From the NCBI GenBank assembly GCA_963829055.1, contig CAWHHI010000006.1, forward strand, positions 288,001-352,000: a DNA stretch of 64,000 nt, written 5' to 3'. Source of the stretch: an uncultured Gemmatimonadaceae bacterium (GTDB lineage Bacteria > Gemmatimonadota > Gemmatimonadetes > Gemmatimonadales > Gemmatimonadaceae). Below the pieces are notes generated by a model. It made no database searches, had not been told where the DNA came from, and saw nothing but the letters and a program-made list of their open reading frames with translations. Shown one piece after another: positions 1 to 10,631 of the stretch (positions are counted from its first letter, which is position 1; each line of letters begins with the position of its first letter). Both the position numbers and the translations under genes were made by a program.

Positions 1-443
1 GCTTCGATCAGCGGTCGATGCTCCGCGGACGTCGGGCCGAGCGCGAGCATTTCACGGCGCGCCGAGTGGGGTGCGCGGCCGAGGTCGCGCAGCAATGCGC
101 CGCTGTCCACGAGCCGGGAGGCAGCGCTTCCGAAGAGCCGAGCACCGCACCCAGGACGCAGCCGCACGCCGACGATCGTGGTGCCGCCCGACACGATGTG
201 GTCGGCGCGGATCGTCTCAGGCCCCATGAGGTACGGCAGCCCGCCGTCTACGGCCAGCAGGTCGAAGCAGCCGTCAGGCAGCGTCGGCTGTACAGTGAAG
301 GCACGGCCAGCTGGGAACTTGCGCCTCCAGAGATAGAGGACGAAATCTGCGAGCGCCGGCGGTGGGGGCAGATACTCATCGTCCCCGAAGCGCTCGGCGC
401 CGCCGCGCAGCTCGTCATGGGGAGATTGGATCGCTTCGCTCAT
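1..443 (-). CDS. AraC-family transcriptional regulator, N-terminal (DUF6597-like) part; runs off the window edge
   Basis: Manual translation from ATG 443: MSEAIQSPHD...YLPPPPALADFVLYLW...LPDGCFDLL...MGPET...VGVRLRPG, the typical N-terminus of DUF6597/AraC regulators. Absent from the ORF track because it has no stop in the window. Divergent from the gene at 618. Confidence 0.7.
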   Translation of the reverse strand, partial: MSEAIQSPHDELRGGAERFGDDEYLPPPPALADFVLYLWRRKFPAGRAFTVQPTLPDGCFDLLAVDGGLPYLMGPETIRADHIVSGGTTIVGVRLRPGCGARLFGSAASRLVDSGALLRDLGRAPHSARREMLALGPTSAEHRPLIE

Positions 444-617
444 CAGTGCAGCGCGGAATGACGGCCGGTGCGCGAGCGTGTCCGCCACAGCCCGGCCGAT
501 TCGTTCAATAATCGACAGGATTTTCAGAATATAGTCCGAGTGCGCTGGTGGCTCCGCCGCCGCGCCGCGAACAAGAGTAGAAACACTCGCCCCTTATTCA
601 TCGTCGGGATACCTCCC

Positions 618-1031
618 ATGAATCGCTTCGCACGAATCGTCTTCACCGGCGCGGGAGTCTATGGACTGATCGTCATGGTCCCGCAGTACTTTCTCGCCGC
701 ACGGATCGGCCGCGACACGCCGCCGGCGATCACGCACCAGGAGTACTTCTACGGCTTCGTCGGACTGGCCGTCGCCTGGCAGTTCGTATTCCTGATCATT
801 GGCCGCGAACCTCATCGCTACCGGCCGTTGATGCTCGTAGCCGTGCTCGAGAAGCTGGCGTTCGGCGTGCCGGCAATCGTTCTGTACACGCAGGGAAGCA
901 TCACCGGGTCTGTCCTCTTCTTCGGGCTGCTCGACCTCACACTCGGCGCGCTGTTCATCGCTGCCTGGCGCGCCACTGCCGACGCGCCGAGTAGGGTTGC
1001 GGCCCTTCGCCCTCGTCAGGCAGATGCCTGA
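618..1031 (+). CDS. Small integral membrane protein of unknown function (about 4 TM)
   Basis: MNRFARIVFTGAGVYGLIVMVPQYF...EYFYGFVGLAVAWQ...LEKLAFG; hydrophobic segments; overlaps the start of the next gene. Confidence 0.7.
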   Translation: MNRFARIVFTGAGVYGLIVMVPQYFLAARIGRDTPPAITHQEYFYGFVGLAVAWQFVFLIIGREPHRYRPLMLVAVLEKLAFGVPAIVLYTQGSITGSVLFFGLLDLTLGALFIAAWRATADAPSRVAALRPRQADA

Positions 1032-1935
1032 GTCGCTGCTGGCCGAGCGGCCATTGCAATCGCCGGCCCCATCCGCACCCGCGTGGCTCGACCGGTCGCT
1101 GTATCCGTTCACCAGCCGCTATTTCCATTCGGCTGACGGCCGGATGCACTTCGTCGACGAGGGCTCCGGGCCGCCGATCGTGATGGTTCATGGCACGCCC
1201 ACCTGGTCGTTTCTTTACCGGCACCTCATCGCGCGTCTCGCTCGGCGACATCGCGTGATTGCCGTGGACCACCTCGGCTTTGGGCTCTCGGACAAGCCGC
1301 CGAAGGCTCCGTACGCGCCGAGCGACCACGCGGCTCGGCTGGTGGCGCTGCTCGACGTGCTGGACGTTTCGGGCGCGACGTTCGTCGTGCATGACTTCGG
1401 AGGGCCGATCGGGCTCGGCGCCGCGCTCCAGCGCCTCGAACGGGTGGAACGTCTCGTGCTCTTCAACACCTGGATGTGGTCGTTGAGCGACGATCCCACG
1501 ATCGTCCGTGGCGCTCGGCTGCTGGGAGGTCGGCTGGGTCAGTTGCTGTATCGACGTTTCGGTTTCGCGGTGAACGTGATGATGCCCATGGCCGTGGGCG
1601 ACAGGCGCGTCCTCACGCCGGCGATCCGTCGACATTATGCGGCGCCGCTGGCCACGCCTAACGACCGGTCGGCGACGTGGGCGTGCGCGCGAGCGTTGCT
1701 CGGATCGAGCGACTGGTTCGACGGGCTATGGGAACAGCGGGAGCGCTGCGGGGCAAGCCAATGCTGCTGCTGTGGGGATGAAGGATCCAACGTTCGGCGC
1801 GTCCTATCTCGAGCGGTGGCGACGGGAATTCCCGAAGCGCACGCGCACACGTTCGAGACCAGTGGGCACTTCGTGCCCGAGGAGGTTCCGGCGGAGATCG
1901 TGCCGATCATCGAACAGTTCATTCCGGTTGCCTAA
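1024..1935 (+). CDS. Alpha/beta-fold hydrolase, haloalkane dehalogenase-like (short out-of-frame stretch near 1750-1830)
   Basis: YPFTSRY, MHFVDEG, HGTPTWSFLYR, DHLGFGLSDKP, VHDFGGPIG nucleophile motif, C-terminal GHFVPEE. Confidence 0.85.
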   Translation: MPESLLAERPLQSPAPSAPAWLDRSLYPFTSRYFHSADGRMHFVDEGSGPPIVMVHGTPTWSFLYRHLIARLARRHRVIAVDHLGFGLSDKPPKAPYAPSDHAARLVALLDVLDVSGATFVVHDFGGPIGLGAALQRLERVERLVLFNTWMWSLSDDPTIVRGARLLGGRLGQLLYRRFGFAVNVMMPMAVGDRRVLTPAIRRHYAAPLATPNDRSATWACARALLGSSDWFDGLWEQRERCGASQCCCCGDEGSNVRRVLSRAVATGIPEAHAHTFETSGHFVPEEVPAEIVPIIEQFIPVA

Positions 1936-1964
1936 CGCTGACCACTCACTCCATCCCACGTCCG

Positions 1965-2321
1965 ATGCACCAGGCCATCAATCTCGCGCAGAAGCTCTCC
2001 ACGTTTTCCGAGCACTTCCGGCCGCGGACGATCGGCCAGTTCAACGGCCACGACCTCATGGTCGCCAAGCTCGAGGGGCCGTTTCCGTGGCACAAGCATG
2101 ACGACACGGACGACTTCTTCCTCGTGGTGCATGGGCGTTTGACGATCCAGCTTCGTGATCGGGACGTGAAGCTCGGGCCGGGCGAGCTGTTCGTGGTGCC
2201 GCGCGGAGTGGAACACCGGCCGCTGGCGGACGAGGGCGAGGTGCACATTCTGCTCATCGAGACGCAGGGCACGCCTAACACGGGTGACCCAGCTACCGCG
2301 GCGCCGCGGGTCGAGATCTAG
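1965..2321 (+). CDS. Cupin domain protein
   Basis: FPWHKHDDTDDFFLV...GELFVVPRGVEHRP cupin motifs. Confidence 0.9.
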   Translation: MHQAINLAQKLSTFSEHFRPRTIGQFNGHDLMVAKLEGPFPWHKHDDTDDFFLVVHGRLTIQLRDRDVKLGPGELFVVPRGVEHRPLADEGEVHILLIETQGTPNTGDPATAAPRVEI

Positions 2322-2407
2322 GCGACAGGTGCGGTCGGTCGTTGCAGCGATGACGCTGGCGTTGTCGCGATGGGACACGTCCGCAGGGCTGTCGCTACCG
2401 TGGCGGA

Positions 2408-2737
2408 ATGAGCAACGATTCGAGCGACCCGATTCCAGCCTTGAAGCGTCAGCTGGCCGACGCCATTCTGGCCATTGCCGACCGCCAGCCCATCACCGTC
2501 GCGGCGCGCCGTCTGGGGATCGGTCCCGCGCGCATGTGCGATCTCCGTCGCGGCAGGATTGCGCGGTTCTCGGTAGAGCGGCTCATCCGGATTCTGGCGA
2601 CCGTCGATCGCGGGGTCAGCGTGTCGGTCGTGGTGACGGGCTCTCCGCAGGTGTGTTGGTTCCCGAAGTTGCGCGCGCAGGCAGACGCGCGGAGGCGGGA
2701 GTTTCTGATCGCGAGGAGATTGCGGCGAGGCCTGTGA
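2408..2737 (+). CDS. XRE-family (HTH_37/HigA-like) helix-turn-helix protein
   Basis: AARRLGIGPARMCDLRRGRIARFSVERLIRIL matches the HTH_37 pattern. Confidence 0.7.
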   Translation: MSNDSSDPIPALKRQLADAILAIADRQPITVAARRLGIGPARMCDLRRGRIARFSVERLIRILATVDRGVSVSVVVTGSPQVCWFPKLRAQADARRREFLIARRLRRGL

Positions 2738-2768
2738 CCCTGGCCTCCGTGACCCTCGTCGCGGACCG

Positions 2769-2815
2769 TATAGCCAGATTTGGCAAACGAACCCGCATTG
2801 CCAAATCTGGCTATA
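2769..2815. terminator. Perfect 18-bp inverted repeat between convergent genes (likely bidirectional terminator/REP-like hairpin)
   Basis: TATAGCCAGATTTGGCAA (2769-2786) / TTGCCAAATCTGGCTATA (2798-2815), 11-nt loop. Confidence 0.6.
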
Positions 2816-2886
2816 GCATCGATCTGAGAGACGGGCGTGCGACGGCGACGCGATTCCGTGCTACGGATGGCCGCGGGGATACCGGC

Positions 2887-3615
2887 TCAGGGCACGTCCA
2901 TCGCCCGCAGTCGCCTAACGGCCGCCAGCAGAAATCCACCGAACACGAGCACCGCCATCGCGATTGCCACACCGAAACTCAGATCGTGCGCGGAGGCGAA
3001 CCGCCGCGGGTCGAGGCCGTGCATGAGCGCGATCGCGTAGTGGCGGATGCTCAGCAGTCGCACGCCCGACACGAACCCCGAGAAGAAGCCCTTCCCAGAG
3101 CACGATGTAGAGCAGGCCCGACGCCGATCGCCTGCGTGCGTCACGAGCCCGAGCCACACGAAGGCCGACGCGTACAGCGCGACGCCGACGACGCGCCGAC
3201 ACCGTGACCGCGATCGTCGCGCGTCGCGTCGCCGAGGAACGCGACGTAGCTCGTGAGGAACGCGCTCAGCGGCGATGAACGGCGCGGCGATCGTGATCGT
3301 CGCCGAGCAGCTTCGGCACGGCGATCTTCCAGCGCGGCAACGGGCGACAGCGTGAGGTTCGCCAGCGTCCGATCCTCGACCTCGTTGCCGAACGCGGCCG
3401 CCGCGATCGCGAGCACCACCAGCGGCGCGATCGAACCCGCCAGCATCGCGCTCAGCATCGCCGTCTCGAACTCCTGCACCGACGGCGCGCTGTCGGATCG
3501 CAGCATCAGCGATGGCGATGACGACCGGCATCGCCGCGAGCACCGTCATGATCGCGAGGCGCCACTTGCCGGAGAGCTGACGCAGCGTGAGGCGGTAGAC
3601 GGCGCCCATGCTCAC
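2887..3615 (-). CDS. ABC-2 type transporter permease (frameshifted)
   Basis: [12 protein letters not shown]..., [31 protein letters not shown] pieces spread over three frames. Confidence 0.75.
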   Translation of the reverse strand: MSMGAVYRLTLRQLSGKWRLAIMTVLAAMPVVIAIADAAIRQRAVGAGVRDGDAERDAGGFDRAAGGARDRGGRVRQRGRGSDAGEPHAVARCRAGRSPCRSCSATITIAAPFIAAERVPHELRRVPRRRDARRSRSRCRRVVGVALYASAFVWLGLVTHAGDRRRACSTSCSGKGFFSGFVSGVRLLSIRHYAIALMHGLDPRRFASAHDLSFGVAIAMAVLVFGGFLLAAVRRLRAMDVP

Positions 3616-4547
3616 TGCTCCACCAGGTAGCCGAACACGCTCTCGAGCGAGTCGTCGAGCGGTTCGACCCGTCGCAGGCTGATCGCCGCCGACTGCGCGA
3701 GCCGCGGCAGCTCGATCTGAAGGTCGAGCACGTTGCGGCTCAGGACGACGACCGCGCCGTCGGGATCGACGTGCACGGCGTCCACCGAGTCGAGCTTCAC
3801 GACTGCCGCCGCGAGCTTGCGCGGAGCATCGCAGATCACGCGCACGTGATACGGACGCTGGTTGAGCGCGGCGCGGATCGCGCGGAACCGCCCGACGCCG
3901 CGAGCTTGCCGTTCACGATGAGCAGCACGGTGTCCGCGAGCTGCTCGACCTCCTCGAGAATGTGCGACGAGAGCACGATCGTCCGCCCCTCCGCGGCGAG
4001 CTGCTCGCAGCAGGCGCTTGAAGTGCACGCGCTGCCGCGGATCGGCGCCGTTGAGCGGCTCGTCGAGGATGAGGATCTCCGGATCGTGCACGAGCGTCGC
4101 GGCGAGGCGCATGCGCTGCCGCATGCCGCGCGAGTACGTGTCCATCGGCCGATGCTGCGCGTCGGCGAGATCGACGAGCGCGATCGCCCTGTCCACGGCC
4201 GCGCTCGAGGTCCGTCGACGCCGCGGAGCTCGCCCATCATGCGCACGAACTCGCGGCCCTTCATGAATCCGTAGACGGTCTCGTGCTCCGACATCACGCC
4301 GATGCGCCGGTAGAGCGGCGGATTGTCGCGCACCGGCTCGCCGAACATGGTCACGGTTCCGCGTCGACGTGTCGGCGAGGCCGGTCATCATGCGGAGCAG
4401 CGTCGTCTTGCCGGCGCCGTTCGGCCCGAGCAGTCCGGTGATGCCGGGCATGACGTCGAACGTCACGTCGCTCACGGCGACGACGCTGCCGAACCAGCGG
4501 GACACGCCGTCTGCACGCGAATCACGGGCTCGGATGTCGGCGCTCAT
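3612..4547 (-). CDS. ABC transporter ATP-binding protein (frameshifted)
   Basis: Walker [18 protein letters not shown] signature, ILILDEP Walker B, SSH switch in an alternate frame. Confidence 0.85.
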   Translation of the reverse strand: MSADIRARDSRADGVSRWFGSVVAVSDVTFDVMPGITGLLGPNGAGKTTLLRMMTGLADTSTRNRDHVRRAGARQSAALPAHRRDVGARDRLRIHEGPRVRAHDGRAPRRRRTSSAAVDRAIALVDLADAQHRPMDTYSRGMRQRMRLAATLVHDPEILILDEPLNGADPRQRVHFKRLLRAARRGGADDRALVAHSRGGRAARGHRAAHRERQARGVGRFRAIRAALNQRPYHVRVICDAPRKLAAAVVKLDSVDAVHVDPDGAVVVLSRNVLDLQIELPRLAQSAAISLRRVEPLDDSLESVFGYLVEQ

Positions 4548-5455
4548 GGCGTCGAGCCTCCGGTAGCGCGCACCACAGCACCGCCGCTGGCACGAGCGTC
4601 CACACGAAGTACCAGCTCACGCGAATCGCCGGGCCTAACGCGCGCGCCGGCGCTTCCTCGGTGATCTCGCTGACGTCGCCGAAGATCACGTCGTTCACGT
4701 GTACCGGGATGTTCGTGAGGTTGAACATCGAGATCCACTGGCCGGCCGTCCCGCCGATCTCCTGCGCGAGGCCGACCGTGAACGGCGTCGTGATCACGAA
4801 CAGCCCGACGAGAAACACCGACGCATACGCTCGTCGCGTCGTGAACGAGGCGGTGAGCATCGCGAGCGTCGTGGCGTAGGCGGCCATCGCCACACCCGCC
4901 GCGAGGAATCGCGGGACGTCGAGCCAGTGCTTCTGCAGATACGTCACCGGGCACGGGGTCACCGGCGGAGAGGCCGAGGAACAGGATGATCTGCGGAAGC
5001 CACGCCGCCACGATCATCACCGTGCAGGAACGCCGCCCATCGCGCGACGATGTAGTCGGAACCGGTGAGCGGCCGCACGAGATACAGGTTGATCACGCCG
5101 TCACGCCGGTCGCGACACAGCAGCTCCGGCGCGACGACGGCCGCGAACACGAACATGATGATCGACGCGATGCCGTAGTAGTCGGAGTGCGACGGCAGGT
5201 TCGCCTTCTGCGCCGTGCCTGGCCCGCCGAGTCGGTTCGGCCGCGCCGGCGACGATCGCCATCACGAGCGCCGATCACCGACAGCACGACGATGAAGAAC
5301 CACGGAAGGATCTTCGCGCGCGCGCCGCGTCCGAGGCCGAGCGCGATGCGCAGGCCGTCCTTGAAGACCGCGAGCCGCGCGCGCGCCCGCGTCCTTCGCG
5401 CGCGCCGGTGTAGCGCTGGTAGCCAATGTCGAAGACCGTGCCGGTCACTGGTCAT
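4544..5455 (-). CDS. ABC-2 type transporter permease (frameshifted)
   Basis: [27 protein letters not shown] and multiple TM segments distributed over several frames. Confidence 0.7.
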
Positions 5456-6366
5456 GCGGCTCCGCTCGAACAGCTCGGTGAGCTGCGCGACGACGCGGCG
5501 CCATGCGGCGCAGCGGCGCCTGCGCTTCGACGAGCGCGTCGCGCACGTGATCGTACACCGACTCGTCCGGCCCTTCGATCGTGAGGCCGCTGCCGTCGAC
5601 GGTCACGACGACGCCGCGCCGCTCGAGCGCGGCCACGAGCGCCTCGCGGTTGGTATCGACTTCGATGAACACCGTCTCCGTCTCCTTCGTGAACTGCGCG
5701 ACTTCTCCCGAGTGCACGAGCTGCCCGCCCTGCAGCACGATGATGCGATCGCAGGTGCGCTCGACGTCGGCCATGAGGTGCGACGAGAACAGCACGCTGA
5801 TGCCGAACTCGCGATGCGTCTTCCGGATCAGCGCGAGCATCTCCTCGCGTCCGGCGGGATCGAGCCCCGCGGTCGGCTCGTCGAGAAACACGAACGCCGG
5901 GATCGTGCACGAGCGCCTGGCCGAGCTTCACGCGCTGCTTCATGCCGGTCGAGTAGCCGCCGATCGCGCGATAGCGCTCCTCGAACAGGCCGGCGTGGCG
6001 CAGCGTGTCGGCCGCGCGCGTTCGCGCGCATCGCCGGCGGAAGGCCGCTCACCTCCGCCATGTGCGTCAGAAACTCGGCGGCACTCACCTGGCTCGGCAG
6101 ACAGTCGTGCTCGGGCATGTAGCCGACGCCGCCCGCGCACGCTCGACGCTGTCGGACGCGTTCTGGCCGAGGACCGTCGCGGTGCCCGACGTCGGCTGCA
6201 TCAGGCCGAGCAGGATCTTGATCGCCGTGCTCTTGCCGGCGCCGTTCTCGCCGAGGATGCCGGTGATGCCGTCGGTGATGGTGAAGCTGACGTCGTTGAG
6301 CGCGACGACGTTGCCGTACCGCTTCGTTAGGCGCTCGACGGCGAGCAGAACCTCTCCGGTCGTCAT
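5452..6366 (-). CDS. ABC transporter ATP-binding protein (frameshifted)
   Basis: LTKRYG, GENGAGKST, GYMPEHDCLP, MKQRVKLGQALVHDP, FLDEPTAGLDP, SSHLM in successive frames. Confidence 0.85.
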
Positions 6367-7451
6367 GAGCGCACCCCCGTGTCATCCCGAGGAGCGCCAG
6401 CGACGAGGGACCTTCTGTGAATTACTCGTGGCGAGGCTGGCCACGATGACTGTCGAGAAGATCCCTCGCTGACGCTCGGGATGACACCGCCCTTGCTCGG
6501 GATGACATACGAGACGGTCTTCGGCTTCTCGCAGGATTCCTTGTATCCGTAGTCACACGCGCGCTTGCGGAATTCCTTCGCGCGATCGGGCGCGTAGCGG
6601 ACGCCAGCGCCGCGGTCGTACAGCGACGCCAGGCGGGCACACGCCTCGCCATACTTGTTCTCGCACGACTCGCGATACAACTGCGCAGCCTCGGAGAAGT
6701 TCTGCGTGACACCCGCGCCATTTTCGAGAACGAGCGCCTGCTGAACGCAGCCGGCATACTCACCGCCTTTGCACGCCTGCTCGAACAGCGCCGCCGCCGT
6801 GGAGTCGTTATGCGGGACGCCGTTACCAGCGGCATGCAGGCGACCCAGCCCGAGGCAGCCGAGGGCGACCTTCGCCGTGCAGGACTTCTGAGAGAGGTCC
6901 GCGGCTCGGGCGAAGTCCTGCGGCACGCCTTCACCGGCAGCGTACAGCGTGCCGAGGTGGGCGCATCCCGTCATGTCCTTCCCGTCGCAGGCTTGCTGAA
7001 ACAGCGCGGCAGCGCGCGCGGCATCCCGCGTGACACCCGCACCCTGCCTATAGAGAAGGCCGAGGCGCGTACAGCCGTCCATCGCGCCCTGCCTGCAGCC
7101 CTGGTCGAACAGGGTGAACGCACGAGTGGAATCGCGCTTGACGCCGGTGCCCTTCTGGTACGCGACGCCGAGGCTCGCGCAGCCATCCCCGACGCCACCC
7201 TTGCACGCCTTGTCGAACAGCTCGGCCGCATGCCCTTCGTCGCGCAGGACGTATTCGCCCTTCGCGAGCTTGAGCGCGAGCTTGTTGCAGGCCGCGACGT
7301 CCGCGGATTCACAGGAGCTCCGCAGGCGCTTCGCCTCCTCGTTGCCCGGGTGGCATGCGGAGACCGCGAAGCCGACCACGACGAGCCCGGTGAGAAGATG
7401 CAAATGAAGAGCGCCCCGGTTCGGGTGATCCGGAGGGATTCGTGTTCGCAT
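6363..7451 (-). CDS. Sel1-like repeat (Hcp-type, Cys-rich) lipoprotein
   Basis: Lipobox AVSAC; about 7 repeats of AxxLFxxACxG...GCxxLGxxYxxGxGV. The last ~45 codons are a REP-like element. Confidence 0.85.
   Translation of the reverse strand: MRTRIPPDHPNRGALHLHLLTGLVVVGFAVSACHPGNEEAKRLRSSCESADVAACNKLALKLAKGEYVLRDEGHAAELFDKACKGGVGDGCASLGVAYQKGTGVKRDSTRAFTLFDQGCRQGAMDGCTRLGLLYRQGAGVTRDAARAAALFQQACDGKDMTGCAHLGTLYAAGEGVPQDFARAADLSQKSCTAKVALGCLGLGRLHAAGNGVPHNDSTAAALFEQACKGGEYAGCVQQALVLENGAGVTQNFSEAAQLYRESCENKYGEACARLASLYDRGAGVRYAPDRAKEFRKRACDYGYKESCEKPKTVSYVIPSKGGVIPSVSEGSSRQSSWPASPRVIHRRSLVAGAPRDDTGVRS
6381..6506. repeat. REP-like palindromic element, family A variant (GTCATCCCGAG...CTCGGGATGAC)
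   Basis: Terminal inverted repeats GTCATCCCGAG / CTCGGGATGAC with a duplicated right end, related to the copies at 15574, 47322 and 62553. Confidence 0.7.
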
Positions 7452-7588
7452 GCACGCTTTTAGTCGATGGTGATCGCGGCGCGGAGAGCCGTCGCCACGG
7501 TACGGCGGGCCCATTCCGGAAGTTTCGCGGCGGCCGCGATCGACCCTAACGTGTGGGCTGTGAACGGTTTCGCTCACGAACCCAGGTG

Positions 7589-7731
7589 ATGTGGCTCCTC
7601 GGCATCGGATTTCTGGTTGTCCTCGCGCTCGTGGCGGCGGGCCTCTGGACCGCCCCGCGCTGGCTCGTGCCGAGCTGCGGGCGCGCGGGTATCGCGTGGT
7701 GACGCTGTCGGAGCTCGATGCTCTCCGTTGA
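7589..7731 (+). pseudogene. Internally deleted polysaccharide deacetylase (NodB-like) remnant
   Basis: MWLLGIGFLVVLALVAAGLWTAPRWLVP joined, with a frame change, to ELRARGYRVVTLSELDALR*, resembling the NodB C-terminal motif. Confidence 0.5.
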
Positions 7732-7842
7732 TACGACACTCAGCGAGAAGATCTCCCGTATGGCGCCGCTCTGGTCTGGGCATGACCGCAACTAGCGCCT
7801 ATGTTGGCTCCAGAAACGAGCCGGGACACTGGAGTCGAGGTC

Positions 7843-10586
7843 ATGGCGGCTGATCTGCGCGAGCAACTACAGGCGACGCTCGGCGACAGCTATACCCTCG
7901 AGCGCGAGCTCGGCGGCGGCGGGATGTCGCGCGTCTTCGTGGCCCACGAGGCGCGGCTCGGCCGGCGCGTGGTCGTGAAGGTTCTCGCCTCCGAGCTCAC
8001 CGAGGGGATGAGCGCCGAGCGTTTCGAGCGTGAGGTCCGCCTCGCCGCGCGACTGCAGCACCCGAACGTCGTCCCGCTGCTGACGGCTGGCGAGCGCCAC
8101 GGGCTGGCGTACTACACGATGCCATTCGTCGAAGGCGAGTCTCTTCGCGTTCGGCTCGCTCGCGAAGGGCGGCTCCCGGTAGACGCCGCCGTGTCCGTGC
8201 TCCGCGACGTGGCGCGCGCGCTCGAGCACGCGCACGCGCACGGCGTCGTGCACCGAGACATCAAACCGGACAACGTCCTCCTCTCCGGAAGCGCAGCCGC
8301 GGTAGCCGACTTCGGGATCGCGAAGGCGCTTCACGCCGCGCGGACGATGGGTGGGGTGGAGCCCGCGGGCGATGACGGCGCGCCGACCCGTGGTGTCCCT
8401 TCCGAAGCGCTGACACGCCTGGGGACCTCGTTAGGCACGCCGGCGTACATGGCACCGGAGCAGGCGCTGGGCGATCCCGACGTGGATGCACGGGCCGACT
8501 TCTACTCGTGGGGCGTCGTTGCCTATGAGCTGCTGGCGGGGGTGACGCCGTTTGCCGGCCGCACCGCTCACCGGATGATCGCTGCCCACATCAGCGAGCA
8601 GCCCGTCCCTCTGGGTGAGCGCGTGACATCGTTGCCACCAGCGCTCACCGCGCTCGTCGATGCGATGTCTGGAGAAGGACCCCGCGCGCCGTCCCCAGTC
8701 AGCGGCCGAGCTGCTCGCCGCGCTCGACGCGGCGCGCACGCCGTCGGGCGAGCAGTCGCTGGCCGACCGCTACAAGCGCGCGACGCTGGGTCGGGACCAC
8801 AGCCGCGCTGGTGCTGATCCTCATTGCCGCGTTCGCCGCGGTGACGGTCTACCGAAACCGCGGCACCTCCGCGGAGACGCCGGTGCTCGCGGTGCTTCCC
8901 TTCGAGAACGTGGGCCCTGCGGCGGATGCGTATTTCGCCGACGGACTCACGGAGGAGGTGCGGACTCGACTCGCCGGCATCTCGGGCTTGCGCGTGATCG
9001 GAGGCACGAGTGCGCGGCAGTACAAGGGCTCGACCAAGTCCGCGCGTGAGATCGCGCGCGAGTTGGGTGCGACGCACCTGCTCACCGGTACCATACGATG
9101 GGAGCGCGCGACTACTGGTGACGGCCGTGTCCGTGTGAACCCGGAGCTGGTGCGGGCCGCCGACGCGGCGAGCATATGGGCGGAGCCGGTCGATGGGCCA
9201 CTCGGCGATGTATTCGCGTTACAGGCCCGTGTTGCCGAGCGTGTGGCGGCCGCGCTCGACGTCGCGCTCCGCGCGCGCGAACGCCGAGTCGTCGCGGCGC
9301 GGCCAACCACCAACGTGGCGGCGTACGACGCGTATCTGCGCGGGATCACCAGCATAACGCGGGCGACCGTGTTCTCGGCGGCGGATACTCGCGTCACCAT
9401 CGCCGAGTTCGAGCATGCAGTCGCCTTGGACCCGCGCTTCGCCGCTGCTCATGCGCGCCTCGCGATGGCGTACTGGGACGACGCGTCGCTTGCAGGCGAC
9501 GATACGACGGCGGCCGCGGCTCAGGCGAAGGCGCGGTCAGCGGCGGAGCGGGCGTGGGCGCTCGATTCGACGCTGGTCGAGACGCGGATCGCACGCACGG
9601 GCTACCTGAGTGAGTCTGGGGATCAGGAGAGCGCCTACCGTCTCGCGCGCGAGACGGCTCAGGCGGCGCCCGGCAACGTGGAGGTTCTCGTATCTCTGGC
9701 CGACTTCGAGTGGGCGACCGGACGGTACGACGATGCGCTCGGGTCCTACGAGCGAGCGACGACTCTCGACCCGAGGTCTGCATTGGCGTGGGGACAACTC
9801 GCTGGTACTCTCGGCCGTCTGCGTCGGTACGAACAGTCGATTGCGGCACACGAGCAGGAGATCGCTCTGGTCCCGGACAACGCGGTCGCCTACGCGGTTC
9901 AGGCTTCGACGCACCTCCTCTGGCGCGCCGATACCGCCTCTGCCCGCCAGACGATTGAGCGTGCCGGCCGCGCACCACCGTGGATAGTGCGTTTCCCGAG
10001 CGGAATAGCCGGCATCGCGATCTGGACGCACGCGCTGCCACCGGACCTGACCCACGCACGTGACACGCTCACACTGGCCGGATATGTGGCGGGGGCCGGC
10101 GCGGTGGCGCCGGAGATGTTTCATCTCATGAAACTCCGCCACCTGACAGCTACCGGGCGAGCCGACCGTGCCCGCGCCCACGCCGACTCGATCGTCGTAC
10201 GCCTCGAGCCGATGCTCGAGCGTGGCGCGGACCTGCCCTGGATGTTCGGGTGGTTCTCTCGGCGGTCCGTGCTCGCGGAGGCATACGCGACGTTAGGCCG
10301 TTCAGCGGACGCCGCCAGCCAGGCAGACCGCTACATGGACGAGACGCGCAAACGGCTGAAATCCCAACGCACGACGGATTCCGAGTCGCTCTGCCACGCG
10401 CTGCATAACGCCGCTTACGTCGACGTCCTGATCGGTCGGCGCGACGTGGCGGTTGCACGCCTGGCGGAGGCGCTTGGCCTGCCGTGCGGGCTCCGGATTT
10501 CGAAAGCGCTGCTCAGGGCTGACCCGTCCTGGGCTCCCCTGCGCGGCCTTCCCGCGTTCGAGCGCCTGGTCGCCGGCACCAATTGA
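7843..10586 (+). CDS. Hanks-type Ser/Thr protein kinase with TM, TolB-like and TPR domains (frameshifts near 8660 and 8800)
   Basis: ELGGGGMSRVF, VVVK, HRDIKPDN, DFG, GTPAYMAPEQ; then AVLPFENVG...YFADGLTEE and TPR repeats. Confidence 0.9.
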
Positions 10587-10631
10587 CATAGCCACGGTAC
10601 GTGTATTCGCCGTAGCCGCCTAACGGAGAAC

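Noticed and set aside
18..461. 147-aa plus-strand ORF
   Set aside because: Shadow of the minus-strand AraC-type gene, which has recognisable motifs.
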